This document shows positions 39,451 through 51,020 of a stretch of 64,000 nucleotides of DNA, one piece after another; position 1 is the stretch's first letter, and each line of letters starts with the position of its first letter. The DNA is from Saccostrea echinata (lineage: Eukaryota): NCBI RefSeq assembly GCF_033153115.1, contig NW_026889750.1, positions 44,268,001 through 44,332,000 of the forward strand, written 5' to 3'. The notes below the pieces were generated by a model, which saw only the letters and a program-made list of their open reading frames with translations, did no database searches and had not been told where the DNA came from. Both the position numbers and the translations under genes were made by a program.

Positions 39451-39838
39451 TTATACACCTATTTACTGGCTATGAGGACAATAACAAGTTTATCGTCCCC
39501 CAAGACAGCGAATATTTCCCGAGGCGCAGCCGAGGGAAATAGTCGCCGTCGAGGGGGACGATAATTTGCTATTGTCCGAATAGTCAGTAAATAGGTGTTT
39601 TATTATACCGAAGCCGACTTTACTTTTGTTACGTCACAAACTAGATACGTCACAATAGAACAACCCATGCAGTTTGAGATGAAAAACGAGGGAAATGGAA
39701 TGCTTCCGGTGAATAGTTTGATGACTATTTCACCATGGGCAAATAGCACAAAACTATTCCACGGTAGGGGCTGTTTAGAAAAAAAATAGAAGATTTATTT
39801 GTCATACTTTTATGTAGAAAAAATTCACAGAGGTATAA
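39451..39838. mobile_element. Palindrome-bearing non-autonomous element (possibly Crypton-type) in the paralog 1 3'UTR
   Basis: TTATAC...GTATAA termini and an imperfect hairpin of about 144 nt (39455..39598) centred on CCCGAGGCGCAGCCGAGGG. Absent after the paralog 2 stop. Superfamily uncertain. Confidence 0.6.
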
Positions 39839-40144
39839 TAATATAACATAATATCCCTATGGGAGGTTATATGACACTTTTGTGTTCTTATAGTTTACCT
39901 GCTCATCAACCCAAAGTTTTTCCCTTTTATAAGTCTTAAGAAGTCCTCTTAACAATTTTCAAAGTTTATTTCTTTTGCGTATAACTATGCACCTCATGTA
40001 AATGTTTCGATTTTTAAAAAAATATTTTTGTGAGTACGAAATAAAATTTTGTAGTAAATAAAGAATTGTTTGATGAGATTTTTTTACTAGTCAGTCTAGT
40101 TGATTTCCCAAGGAAAAGTGAACATGTGAGTAAAATGCATTTAC

Positions 40145-40310
40145 TTTCATTTTCTCCTCTTTCCAGCTCTCAGTTTTCACGTCTTTAATTTCCCTCTTTC
40201 CTCCTCTCTTTTTCCGTCTCTAATTTTCTCCTTCCCAGTTCTCATTTTCTCGTCTCTAAATTTCTCCTTTCCTTCTCAATTTTCCCCGTCTCTAATTTTC
40301 CCCTTTCCTG
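40145..40310. repeat. CT-rich minisatellite of about 40 bp (left part)
   Basis: tctctaattttctcc...ctcattttc units that continue at 44336..45105. Counterpart at 62300..62410. Confidence 0.8.
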
Positions 40311-40735
40311 GTGAAAAATGGAGATAACGAACAGTATTTAAGCTCAAAGTCCATTAAAACACAACAAATCGGGAGCAGAGCAAACGCCTACCACCTTGTT
40401 TTATCAACTTGTTTGTCAATAGCTTGCATCATTTTAAAAATTGTTCATACACAGAGCATGCTCTTGCGTATCGAATCAACTGGGAGACAAAAACCCCATA
40501 TGCAGATGATAAGGGTATATTGCTACATAAGTAAAGGGAAGTTGACGATTGAAAAATTGAAGTCATCACGTTTGTCATAAGGCTTTGTTGTTAGGTTACC
40601 ATTAATGTCTTTTTCTAGTAAAATATCCAAATACGAAACAGATGTGCCAGACTCTGTGGTATCTTTTATTTCAAGCTCACTTGGATATATCGAGTCGACA
40701 TTTGAATGGAAGTAACTATTGCTAATACATAATAC
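40311..40735 (-). mobile_element. Penelope-like retroelement fragment
   Basis: VDSIYPSELEIKDTTESGTSVSYLDILLEKDINGNLTTKPYDKRDDFNFSIVNFP, then SAYGVFVSQLIRYARACS in the next frame. This is typical of the Penelope RT C-terminus. Confidence 0.82.
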
Positions 40736-41579
40736 AATTAACAAATAACAATTAAACTGTAAACTCATCCTCAGTAGACGAATCCACGGTAGGGTCCTGA
40801 ACAACCTCAGTGTTTGGAGCAGATGGTGTGTCGCTTGCAACACGTCCAAGTGCACGAAATTCTTAGCGCTGCATGGGCTGCAAAAGTGACAATAGGGCAA
40901 CCAAACATCTCCAGTAAAAGAGAGCAGCTGGGGAATTGATTGGTGACGACTTGAATCCCTCAGATGGTTCTGTCCATCCCTGATGAGAACAAAGTCTTTT
41001 TATGAATGTATCAGTGTCCGAATGTACCACTGCATTTGGGGGAATCATCTTCGATCAGTTCAAGTAGTATACCGCTGCAATTAAATCTACAAGATGTCCT
41101 AGTGCACTCTTCACCAGAGACTCTAACGCAGGAATCTGGAGATGACATAAGACGGACTCACCTAACGAACGTGGAGGCCTAATGTCATTGAAAATCTCAG
41201 GAAGATGGGTCCTCTGTACGTGACGCTTGATCTTCCTCTCTCTCTTCTCACATTCTGGAAATGGGCACTTCTGAAGAAATACTGGAGGACGGAGAGTGAC
41301 TTGAAGGTCTTGTAGTGGACTCACTGTCAGGGCGCGCTCGCTCCGAGGGGTGTTCAGTGTTTACTTCCTTGGTTACAACTACATGAACACTACTGGGCTT
41401 CTTCGGTTTTGCACGAGTAGGTGTCTTGACAGAAACATGCACTTTGTAAGAATCCTATTCACGCATGGAACATTCTTTATCCGCCATGTCATGAACTAGA
41501 GAGGTTTCCGCCATACCATGTACTTCGGAAGAATTTTCTCTGTGGCATGTCCGTCACTGTAGGCACGCAGGTGTGTTAA

Positions 41580-42540
41580 GGCAGTACCCAGATCAAATTT
41601 CGGCGAATTTAGACTTTTTTCGTAAAATGTAACATTGATAAATCGGAAAAGCCATAGATAAAACATTTACTATCATTATCAATTGTATAGACGTCATGTC
41701 TTAGGCTAAAAGAAGCACTCCACCACGACGTCATCACGTGACGTCTATAGATAGAAAAATTGCCTTAATAAAAAAAGTAAAAAGTTCAACACTACCCCGG
41801 AGATAACTCATTTCTTTGAGTGTAAATGATTATGTAAAAACATCACTGGGTCATGAAAAGTGCTGCTAGAATCCTACAGAAACAAATATTCCAAAGTTTT
41901 GCATGAAACGTTACCAAAATTTTTACATTTTATACATACGATCAAGGAATTGTTATTAATTCATGTTAACCACACGATTCTAGCAGCCTTTTCCAAATAC
42001 TATTGAATACAAGCATTCGATACAAACAAAAATTATGTTTCAAAGTATGCGGCGTAGTGTTGAACTTTTGCATCTTTGTTGTTATAGAACGACAGAGGAA
42101 AGGCTGATCGGGATTTCAAAGCACTGCCTGTGTTCGTTATAAGAAAACATGATAAGAATATATCAGCGTACCTGATTCTTAATCTTTAATTCCTTATGAA
42201 TCACACATAACATTCACAGTATATGCTTTAAACTCCCATTCCATATATTTGTTTACATGAATTCTCATCACCTTTAATTTCACTCGCCAAATATTTGATC
42301 AATAGCTATGACGTCATGGGTTTGGTATTTAGCCCCCGTGCTAAATAATTAGCTATTTATACCACCCAAAAACGACAAGATTTAGTTTATATTAACTTTT
42401 AAATGATTCCATTCATTTCTTGGACCTGAAATTAAACTTTAAATATAGAAATTAAGAAATCATTATTTCTAAAGTTCACGTCATACAGCTTACTATGACG
42501 TCATATTGTAAAGGCAAGTAGGATATCTCTGGGTGCAGCC
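41580..42540. mobile_element. TTAA-flanked non-autonomous DNA transposon (Kolobok-like)
   Basis: TTAA|GGCAGTACCCAGA ... TCTGGGTGCAGCC|TTAA, an imperfect 13-bp TIR. Confidence 0.7.
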
Positions 42541-42665
42541 TTAACATTCCCGCGCACATCTGGACCCGATGGTGCACAGTCAACAGCATTCTCACGCATA
42601 ACTTGCAGGTCTGGGTCGAATGTCCACGCACATCCCCTCCCTCTGAAGTAGCAGATAAAAATGTA

Positions 42666-43851
42666 CAGGGTGATCTTTTCTTTAAGTTATTGATCACATT
42701 TCTGCATATGTCTGGTGTAACTTTCCGAATTTCTCGGTTAATTGCTGATTTGAGATCCTCCACGGTGTTTGGCTTTGGAGTATACACTTTGTCTTTCAAA
42801 AATCCGAACAGAAAAAAATCCATTAGACTTAAATCAGGGGAGCGTGGTGGCCAAACACAGTCCGTCCTGAACGAAATCACTTTGTTACCGAATGTTTTCT
42901 GTAACCATCCAAGAACTTTTCTGATGCGTGTGGGGTTGCTCCATCTTGTTGGAAATATGCAGTATGAATACCTCGCCTGCGCAGAGCTGGAATGAATTTG
43001 TTCTTCAGAAGGTGCAAGTAATGGTAACTGTTAACAGTTTTCACCTCTCCATTGATTTCGAAAAAAATGGCCCAATGACTCCAGCAGAACTTAGAGCTGC
43101 CCAGACTGTCACCTTTTCATCATGCAATGGCTTCTCGTTCCAGTACTGAGATTCCCTTTTCCCCAAACACGGCAGTTTCGTTTGTTTATAGACGAATTTA
43201 GATAAAAGTGTGATTCATCGGTAAACCAAACAATGTCAGCTATATCAATGTTGTTGGTCATCCAATGAGCAAATTCAAGTCTCATGGCTATGTCAGATTC
43301 TTTCTAGTGTTGCATCATAGGCATTGTGTAAGGGAGAAGATTTAAGTCAGTTCTATACACACTTCATAACTGGACATGTTCCCTAGATCTCTCGTAATAC
43401 TTCTCACTGACTTTTGCGGCGTTTCCGTTATCATTTCTTTAACAACTGCGACCGATTCAACATTTCTGGTTGTCCGAAGCCTTCCAGTGTTTTTCAAACG
43501 AGCATCTTCTACTGAACCAGTCCACTGAAATCTCTTCACTAACCTGTGAACCTGCAGTTTTGTAAGCTTAGTGTCCGATGGATGTCTTTTTCTCATGATA
43601 CGAATCACCGTTATTGGTGAATGATTGGGCAATTTCTGCAGCTCTCTGATTTGATATATCCATGTTAAATAAACAATAACAGTTTAATGACGTCATAACG
43701 TCATGATGACGTCAACGTTTTCCCGTATTTACTTTTTTATTAAAATGGCAGGTATAGCAGTTTAAAATGATGTATAAAATGAAATATGTAGAATGATTAT
43801 TGACAAAGTTATTGAAAGTCAAAATAGAATAAGATATTTTGGATCACCCTG
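42666..43851 (-). mobile_element. Tc1/mariner DD41D (rosa/Visitor-type) transposon with a pseudogenised transposase (about 43663..42676)
   Basis: TA|CAGGGTGATC...GATCACCCTG|TA. Contains an HTH (RLVKRFQWTGSVED..TGRLRT), WFTDESHF, KVTVWAALS, FQQDGATPH and WPPRSPDLSLMDFFLFG. There are 41 residues between the second and third D after a 1-nt frameshift correction. Stops and frameshifts are present. Confidence 0.88.
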
Positions 43852-44335
43852 TAACTGAAGGACGCACTCGTTTCCTAGATGGAGGTTTATTATTCAGTGA
43901 CGGCAAGTGGTCATCAACCCATCTCTCCGAACAAAGGATCGTACTACACTCCTTTCTAGTCGTCTCGATCCATCTTGAATCTTTCAAGTCCTTAGCCAGT
44001 TGGTACTGTTGAAGTTACGTCACAAATGGTGTTGTGAGACGTTCCATCGTTGAGAAGAGCCAGATCGTACACCAGTCTCTTTGGATCGACTACACTTCTC
44101 GATGATGTACTCCTTCTCACTAGTCGACATAATGTTCACCTCCTTCCTGGCGAAAAGTTCTGTTGGACCTCTCTGTCTTTCCATGATTCTACCGGCGACG
44201 CCAATTGTCGCGTAACCGAGTTAATATTGGTTACTAAATCAATGTAGTAATAAAGGCTGGCGCCTTACCTTAATCAGGCGACAGCAATGCATGATAAATG
44301 GACATGGTACAATGGTGAGTCCAGGTATACATCAA

Positions 44336-45105
44336 GGATTTTTCTCCTTTCCTGCTCTCATTTTTCATATCTCTTATTCTCTCCTTTCCTGTTCTCATTT
44401 TCCCCGTCTAATTTTCTCCTTCTGTTCTCATTTTTTCGATCTCTAATTTTCTCTTTTTCTGCTCTGATTTTCTTACTCTCTTACTTTTTTCTTTCCTGAT
44501 CTCATTTTTCTCGTCTCTAGTTTTCTCCTTTCCTGCTCTCATTTTTCACGTCTCTAATTTTCTATTTTTCTGTTCTCATATTTACGTCTCTACTTTTCTC
44601 ATTTCCTGATCTCATTTTCCTAGTTTCTTCTCTCATTTTCATAGTCTCTAATTCTCTTCTTTTCTGCTCTCATTTTTACGTTTCTACTTTTCTCATTTCC
44701 TGATCTTGTTTTCCTAGTCTCTAATTTTCTACTTTTCTTCTCTCATTTTCATGGTCTCTAATTTTCTCCTTTTCTGCTCTCATTTTTCACGTCTCTAATT
44801 TTCTACTTTTCTTCTCTCATTTTCATGGTCTCTAATTTTCTCTTTTTCTGCTCTCATTTTTCACGTCTCTAATTTTCTACTTTCCTGTTCTCATTTTCAT
44901 AGTCTCTTATTTTCTCCTTTCCTGCTCTCATTTTCCTCGTCTCTAATTTTCTCCTTTCTTGCTTTCATTTTTCCGTCTCTTATTTTCTCCTTCCCTGATC
45001 TCATTTTCACGGATTCTTCTCTCATTTTTCACGGTTTCTGCTCTCATTTTTTGTGTTTCTCTAATTTTCCCCTTTCTGGCTCTCATTTTCTCGTCTCTAA
45101 TTATA
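44336..45105. repeat. CT-rich minisatellite of about 39-40 bp (right part)
   Basis: About 19 degenerate units of gtctctaattttctccttttctgctctcatttttcac. Confidence 0.9.
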
Positions 45106-45109
45106 CTAA

Positions 45110-46500
45110 AAAGACTGAGGCGGTAAAAATAGACAATGACGAACTTGACAAACAGAACATTACTCTTCCACTGTTTACATTGTTGGACTGAATAACCTGA
45201 AGAAATTAAACAAAAGTTACGTGTATATTTAAGAATTGTGAAAATGTTGTATGCAGATGATACTGTATTGATGTCTGAAACTACCGATAAGGATGATCTT
45301 CAATATCAACTCAACTGTTTTCAAAAATATTGTGAAAAAGGAAAATTACATGTGAATGTTGATAAAACAAAAATTATAATTTTTTGTAAGGGCAGACACT
45401 GTAGCATTTACTGTATAGTAATACTGTAATTGAAGTTGTAAAAGAATTAAATATCTAGGAGTTTTTTCTCAAGAAGTGGGTCCTTTTATAGTACGAGAAT
45501 ACCGGTATATGCTTGCAAAGAGCAACCAGAGTTATGTATGTCATAACCAAAAAATCTAGAGAATTGAATTTGTCTATCGATTGTCAAATTGATATTTTTG
45601 ATAAAATGATTATCCCTGTCCTTCTTTGTGATTGCAAGATATGGTGATTTTGAACATGTGAATATTATTGATAAATTTCAACTCAAATTTTGTTAACATA
45701 TGCCGTCATCTTAGGACATCTACACCGAATTATATGGTTTAAGGTGAGCTTGGTAGATATCCATTGAGTGTAAAAATTGAAATGAGAATGATAAAATTCT
45801 GGGTAGAACTGCTAAAATGTAAAGAGACAAAATTGTGTCATATTTTGTATAATTTTTTATATAGCTCATCAATGTGTATAGCTCATCAATCTATTAATTG
45901 TAGTTTTAAATGTATTGAATGTATACGGAGTATTTTACAAGAATGTGGTATATATTACGTCTGGATAACGCAAAATGTTGAAAATAAAAACTAGTTGTTG
46001 AATGTAATTAGGCAAACACTGATTGATCAATTTCAACAAAAATGGAATTCAGATTGTGCTACTTCTAGTAAAGGCAAAATTTGTAAATTGTTCACTAATA
46101 GTACTTTAACATCTAGAAGCTATTTAAAGGTCAATGTGTCAATGAATACTATAATTACATTAGTAAGATTTAGAACTAGTAATTTTAAATTACCAATCGA
46201 GGCAGACCGATGGAGCAATATACCTGTACTCTGTATTTTTATGTGAAAATGATACTGGAAAAGAATACCAATATATTATGTCATGTCCAGCTTTAACGAT
46301 TGTAGAAAACTGTATCTACCATCAACATATATAACACGACCAAGTGCTTTAAAGCTTTCAAGTTTATTTTCATGTAAGAAGGTATCCGTAATCAATAACC
46401 TTTGTAAATAATCAATATAGTTAACGTATTTTGTTTGATGTTGTTGTATTTTCTCTATGTGTTTTTACACAATTTGAAAATTAATTGAATTGAATTGAAC
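45110..46500 (+). mobile_element. 5'-truncated, degraded non-LTR retrotransposon (RTE-X-like)
   Basis: RT motif MLYADDTVLMSE...VNVDKTKIIIF, plus FDKMIIPVLL, GELGRYPLSVKIEMRMIKFW and RFRTSNFKLPIEADRW. Ends in a (TTGAA)3 tail. Clade assigned from motif memory. Confidence 0.8.
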
Positions 46501-47470
46501 ATAAAATTGTAGTGATGGACTTTGGATAGAACAAAGGGATATTTTTTACTCAAATTATTTGACTTACCTGTTAACAAGGGAGTTGATTTGTACTCTGATC
46601 AACATCGCTACTAAATCTATTTATTTTTCTTTTAATTTTAATCATATCTGAGCTATAAATGGTTGTTATTTTTTAAGTTAAAAAGTAAGTAAGTTATGAT
46701 CAATCTTGCTGTTTGCTACAATTAACATTTCTTACAAATTGGATTGTCCTATTTTTTATTCTAATAAAAATTGCGAAGAGCTTCGTAGTTTTCCAATTTT
46801 ATCATGGTAAACTGGGATATTTAAGGGAACAGAAGTTGAAGATATTTTTTTTTATAATGCATTGTTGTTCACTGAAATGAAGTGCATTTCCTTGCTACTA
46901 TTACAATTCATTACAAATCAGGGATAAATATATAAACTTCTAATAGCTGGTTATTTTTGTTACAAGTTCAGCCATATTTGCAGAAATCTGCCAAAAGACT
47001 TTTTCAAAGAATTTATTTTACTAAATTCACAATTTTTTTTTATGATTGATAAAATAGCTGAATTACTTGAAACCTTGTCATTCATGAAAACAGCTAAAAA
47101 ATATTGGCAAATCTAGTTTTTTAACCTTGATTAACATTCCTAATATCATGTCAAAATTGTATAATTTATGAAAATTTCCAGTCACATGGGATCAATACAT
47201 CAATAGATACAAGTCATTAGACGTACTGCATGCTTACATACCAAAGAATTTACTTGTTGTCCAGTTTTTGTGAAATATTGACTTGTACAGACCATGTTTG
47301 AAATCCGTCCTCTGACATTTCATCTTAACCGCCCTCCAGTTAGGTGTATCTGATTTTTTTTGGTTGTTTCATTGCATGCACAAAGAGCTATAATGTAACT
47401 TATCAGAATTATACTGAGGAATAAATATTTATTGAACTGATGTATAACTATTTATTTTATGTATAATAAA
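46501..47470 (+). other. Orphan duplicate of the SPEF1 3'UTR (start of the second tandem-duplication unit)
   Basis: Colinear with 16087..16660 plus 21220..21650 (for example atggactttgga.agaacaaa, gggaacag.agttgaa, cattagacgtactgcatgcttacataccaaagaa). No SPEF1 coding exon precedes it. Confidence 0.88.
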
Positions 47471-47539
47471 AGATGTTTTCCATACAAGCAGCAAAGATTG
47501 CAAATTGGAGGTTTGTCAACTAAATCTTGCTTTTCCTAT

Positions 47540-47867
47540 GTGTGTTTGTGAAACACTGATGCCCCCGTATGGCAACTTATAGCAAAAAGGTTAAACTTTC
47601 TCAAATGCAAATCAAATATGTTGGTACCCAAAGTAAGGTCTTGTCTCGAGGAATATACCTGTGAAATATGAGAGCCCTAGCAGCAACCATTGAATAGATA
47701 TGAAAAAGGTTAAAGTTTTTCAAAAGTAAGTCAAACATCAAGGTCAAGGTCAAATGGTAAAAAATAATGGTGCCTAAGGAAAGACCTTCTCACAAGAAAT
47801 ATACTGGTGAAATATGAAAGCTGAAGCACCAATCGTTCAAAAGTTATGACCAAGGTTTAAGTTTTCC

Positions 47868-47898
<31 letters not shown>

Positions 47899-48164
47899 AT
47901 GGATTACAATTGTTGGTATCCAAAGGAAGGTCTTGTCACAAGGATTATATATGTGAAGTATGAAAGCCCTAGCTCCAACGGTTCACAAGTTATGGACAAG
48001 GTTAAAGTTTTTCAAAAGTAGATCAAACTTCAAGGTCAAGGTCAAAGTGTCAAAGTTGTTGGTATCCAAAGGAAGGACTTGTCACAAGGATTACATATGT
48101 GAAATATGAAAGCCCTGGCACCAATTGTTCAAAAGTTATGGCCAAGGTATTATTTAAGTTTTTC

Positions 48165-48195
<31 letters not shown>

Positions 48196-48448
48196 AAGGG
48201 TCAAAGTTGTTGGTATCCAAAGGAAGGTCTTGTTACAAGGATTACGTATGTAAAGTATGAAAGCCCTAGCACCAATTGTTCAAAAGTTATGGCCAAGGTT
48301 AAAGTTTTTCAAAAGTAGGTCAATCTCCAAGGTCAAGGTCAAAGTTGTTGATATCCAAAGGAAGGTCTTGTCACAAGGATTACATATGTGAAGTTGGAAA
48401 TCCTTAGCACCAACCTTTCAAAAGTTATTACCAATGTTAAAGTTTTTC

Positions 48449-48479
<31 letters not shown>

Positions 48480-48866
48480 AAAGATCAAAGTTGTTGGTAT
48501 CCAAAGGAAGGTCTTGTCACAAGGATTACACACGTGAAGTATGAAAGCCCTAGCTCCAGCTGTTCAAAAGTTATGGCCAAGGTTAAAGTTGGGTAAAATT
48601 TTGTAAAACTAGGTCAAACTCCAAGGTCAAGGTCAAAAGGTCAAATATGGTAGTACCCAAAGAAAGGTCCTGTCACAAGGAATACACATGTGAAATATGA
48701 AAAGCCATAGCTCCAACCAATCAAAAGTTATGGGCAATGTTAAAGTTTTTGCGGGCAATGTTCAAGTTTTTGCGGACAAAGAGACAAACAGATAAACAGA
48801 CAGACAGACGGACAGACAGGGCAAAAACTATATACCCCGAATCTTCGATACGGGGGCATAAAAAAA
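47540..48866 (+). mobile_element. Family-A HINE with about 8 array units
   Basis: Its 5' end is nearly identical to 4420 onward, and it has the GACA run and terminal hairpin. Confidence 0.78.
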
Positions 48867-50084
48867 GTCAATCTGAAATTTTATTTAATGCATTGAGGTG
48901 TATACAATCTAATGCATGTATAATAATCATAGAGAAAAACACGCCACGAAGTGCTGTTACTCGTAACCATGAAATGGAAGAGAAAAATCAAGTCAGAACC
49001 AACAAAGGTTTATAACTGATAAAATGAAATTGCCAAATTGTTTTTTGAGTTGTCAGACGAGGGGAATTATCCAGTTGACCTTAATGTATCCCCAAATACA
49101 AGTACATGTGGCTTCTGATAAGGAAAGTTGTATTATCACTGTCAACCAAGGACACGACTGTAAATAGTGGGACATATTTTGCATGTGAGTATCTTTCTGT
49201 AATTGAGGGCCTATTTTATATTTTCTGAGCGGTTTTAAGCACGTGAATCAAAAACATGAATTCTGAGGAAGAAGACACGCTCTTTTTACCTGCCGTTACC
49301 AAGGTAATTACAATTTTGAATTTTGTATAATTGTGCATAGCACGAAATTTTGATTCATTGGTGGATAAAGTTGGGACAGCGAGGACAAATCAAATGATAG
49401 CCTCCTTTTAGTGCTTAAAATTTACAAAGTAGGTAGTTCCATATGACTTAACCCAATACGCGTATTAATTCTAAGAAAAAAAAAACAACACTTTTGATAA
49501 CCTGTACGTGAAACAAAGCCGTCGAAGAGATAATGTTTTAAAATACTCTTTCTTTTCATTCCCTTGCACCAAGCCCCCCCCCCCCTTCTCGAGAACTTGT
49601 TCTATTATAGCGGCGTGTGTGTGGCAGCTTGATATGGCGACTAAAAATATATTTTAGATACTGTACTGAACTCCTATACCTTGTGCGGATCAAGAAAGTT
49701 TTCCGGGGGGAGGGGGGCTTCAATTTATTTATTTATTTATTTATTTTTTTGACAAGCAAAAAGACAGTAAACAATTTGTCCAATCGCGAACATCCTGTTT
49801 CGTGTGGGAACGGGGGAGGACAAGTGGCTTCCCTCTCTAGATTCGAGTGTACATTTAGTTAGTCATAGAATACAGCACTTCAAGCGTATAAGTAGCTAAC
49901 TGTAGAAGTCATCAAGGAGGTAACATAGCTATAGTAAAGCTAGGAAACATAGGGACTATGGAGAACCATTCTAGTACACACCAAACGACGGTCCATGGGT
50001 AACCAAATTCAGAAAACAGCAACCAAAGCTTAGGCATTTACGTGTTCAAAATTTTATACATACCCTAAAAATATACTGTAGTAA

Positions 50085-50280
50085 ACTATAGTATCAAAGT
50101 AAAAACTTTGGAACTTTGATTTATTATAGAGAAAACTTTGATTTACCATTGTGAAAACTTTGGAACTTTTATTTACTATTGTGAAAACTTTGGAACTTTG
50201 ATTTATTATAGTAAAAACTTTGAAACTTTGATTTACAATAGTAAAAACTTTGATACTTTGATTAACTATAGTAAAACCCG
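50085..50280. repeat. 30-bp minisatellite
   Basis: aaaactttggaactttgatttactatagt-type units, about 6 copies. Confidence 0.85.
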
Positions 50281-50861
50281 TGGAATTATGTTTTCGATTC
50301 CCATTCTTGACATTTTATGTTATTTCATCATAAAAGCTTCAGAGAACTTTTTTATAAACCCTAACCCTTCCCTATAAAAATGTACAAGAAATGAATTTTA
50401 ATATAAGGTTGTCTCTCGCGCCGATAGATAAGCAAAATTTATCTAAATTATTTAATTTAATTCAGATGTAATGTAAGCTTTTTTTTATGAAAGGAAAATT
50501 ATATATGTACTATAAAATAAAATTTGCGTCATTTAGAACCAAAATACGTGCTCCACCAACTTAAGTAAACATGTATTTTTTTAATTTATAAATGCAAATA
50601 TTGCATTTAAATTAAGTAATTTGTAAATTTAAATTAATATATACAACAACTCCCAGCCCCACCCAACCCCACCTCTACCGCCTAAAAACGGCAAAATAAG
50701 CATATATGGCTTCTTTTTTTTTACCAAGTTCAAATTACTAGTATCTTATTTTATTATTTGGTATCTTTCTATTAGGTAAACTTGAAGACCTACAGCTAGG
50801 AGCTACAAGAAAAGTCGGGAGGGGGATAAAATGACAGCTATAAATACTTTTTATACAAAGA

Positions 50862-51020
50862 GATTGATTGATTGATTGTATGTTGTTAAACATTCCGTTC
50901 GAGAATTCTTCTCTCATATAGAGACGTCACCATATATACCGGTGAAGGGCTTCTTCAAATTTGGACCTTTACTCGGCACTTAGGGCCCTTGAGCAGTGAG
51001 GGCTCTTTATCGTGACACGG
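50862..51020 (-). mobile_element. SINE 3' fragment with an (AATC)n tail
   Basis: (GATT)n followed by gagacgtcacc..ccggtgaagggct...ctcggcactta. Reverse homolog of 54100..54185. Confidence 0.6.

Larger units (their letters stand above)
40750..44335 (-). mobile_element. Decayed LTR-retrotransposon-like relic with a PBS-like motif and a Zn-finger ORF, split by two DNA transposons
   Basis: On the minus strand ...GCGACA-AT-TGGCGTCGCCGGTAGAAT-C-ATG (44207..44182). The frameshifted ORF includes CPFPECEKRERKIKRHVQRTHLP and PINSPAALFYWRCLVALL. One reading frame runs through both insertion sites once the inserts are removed. Confidence 0.5.
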
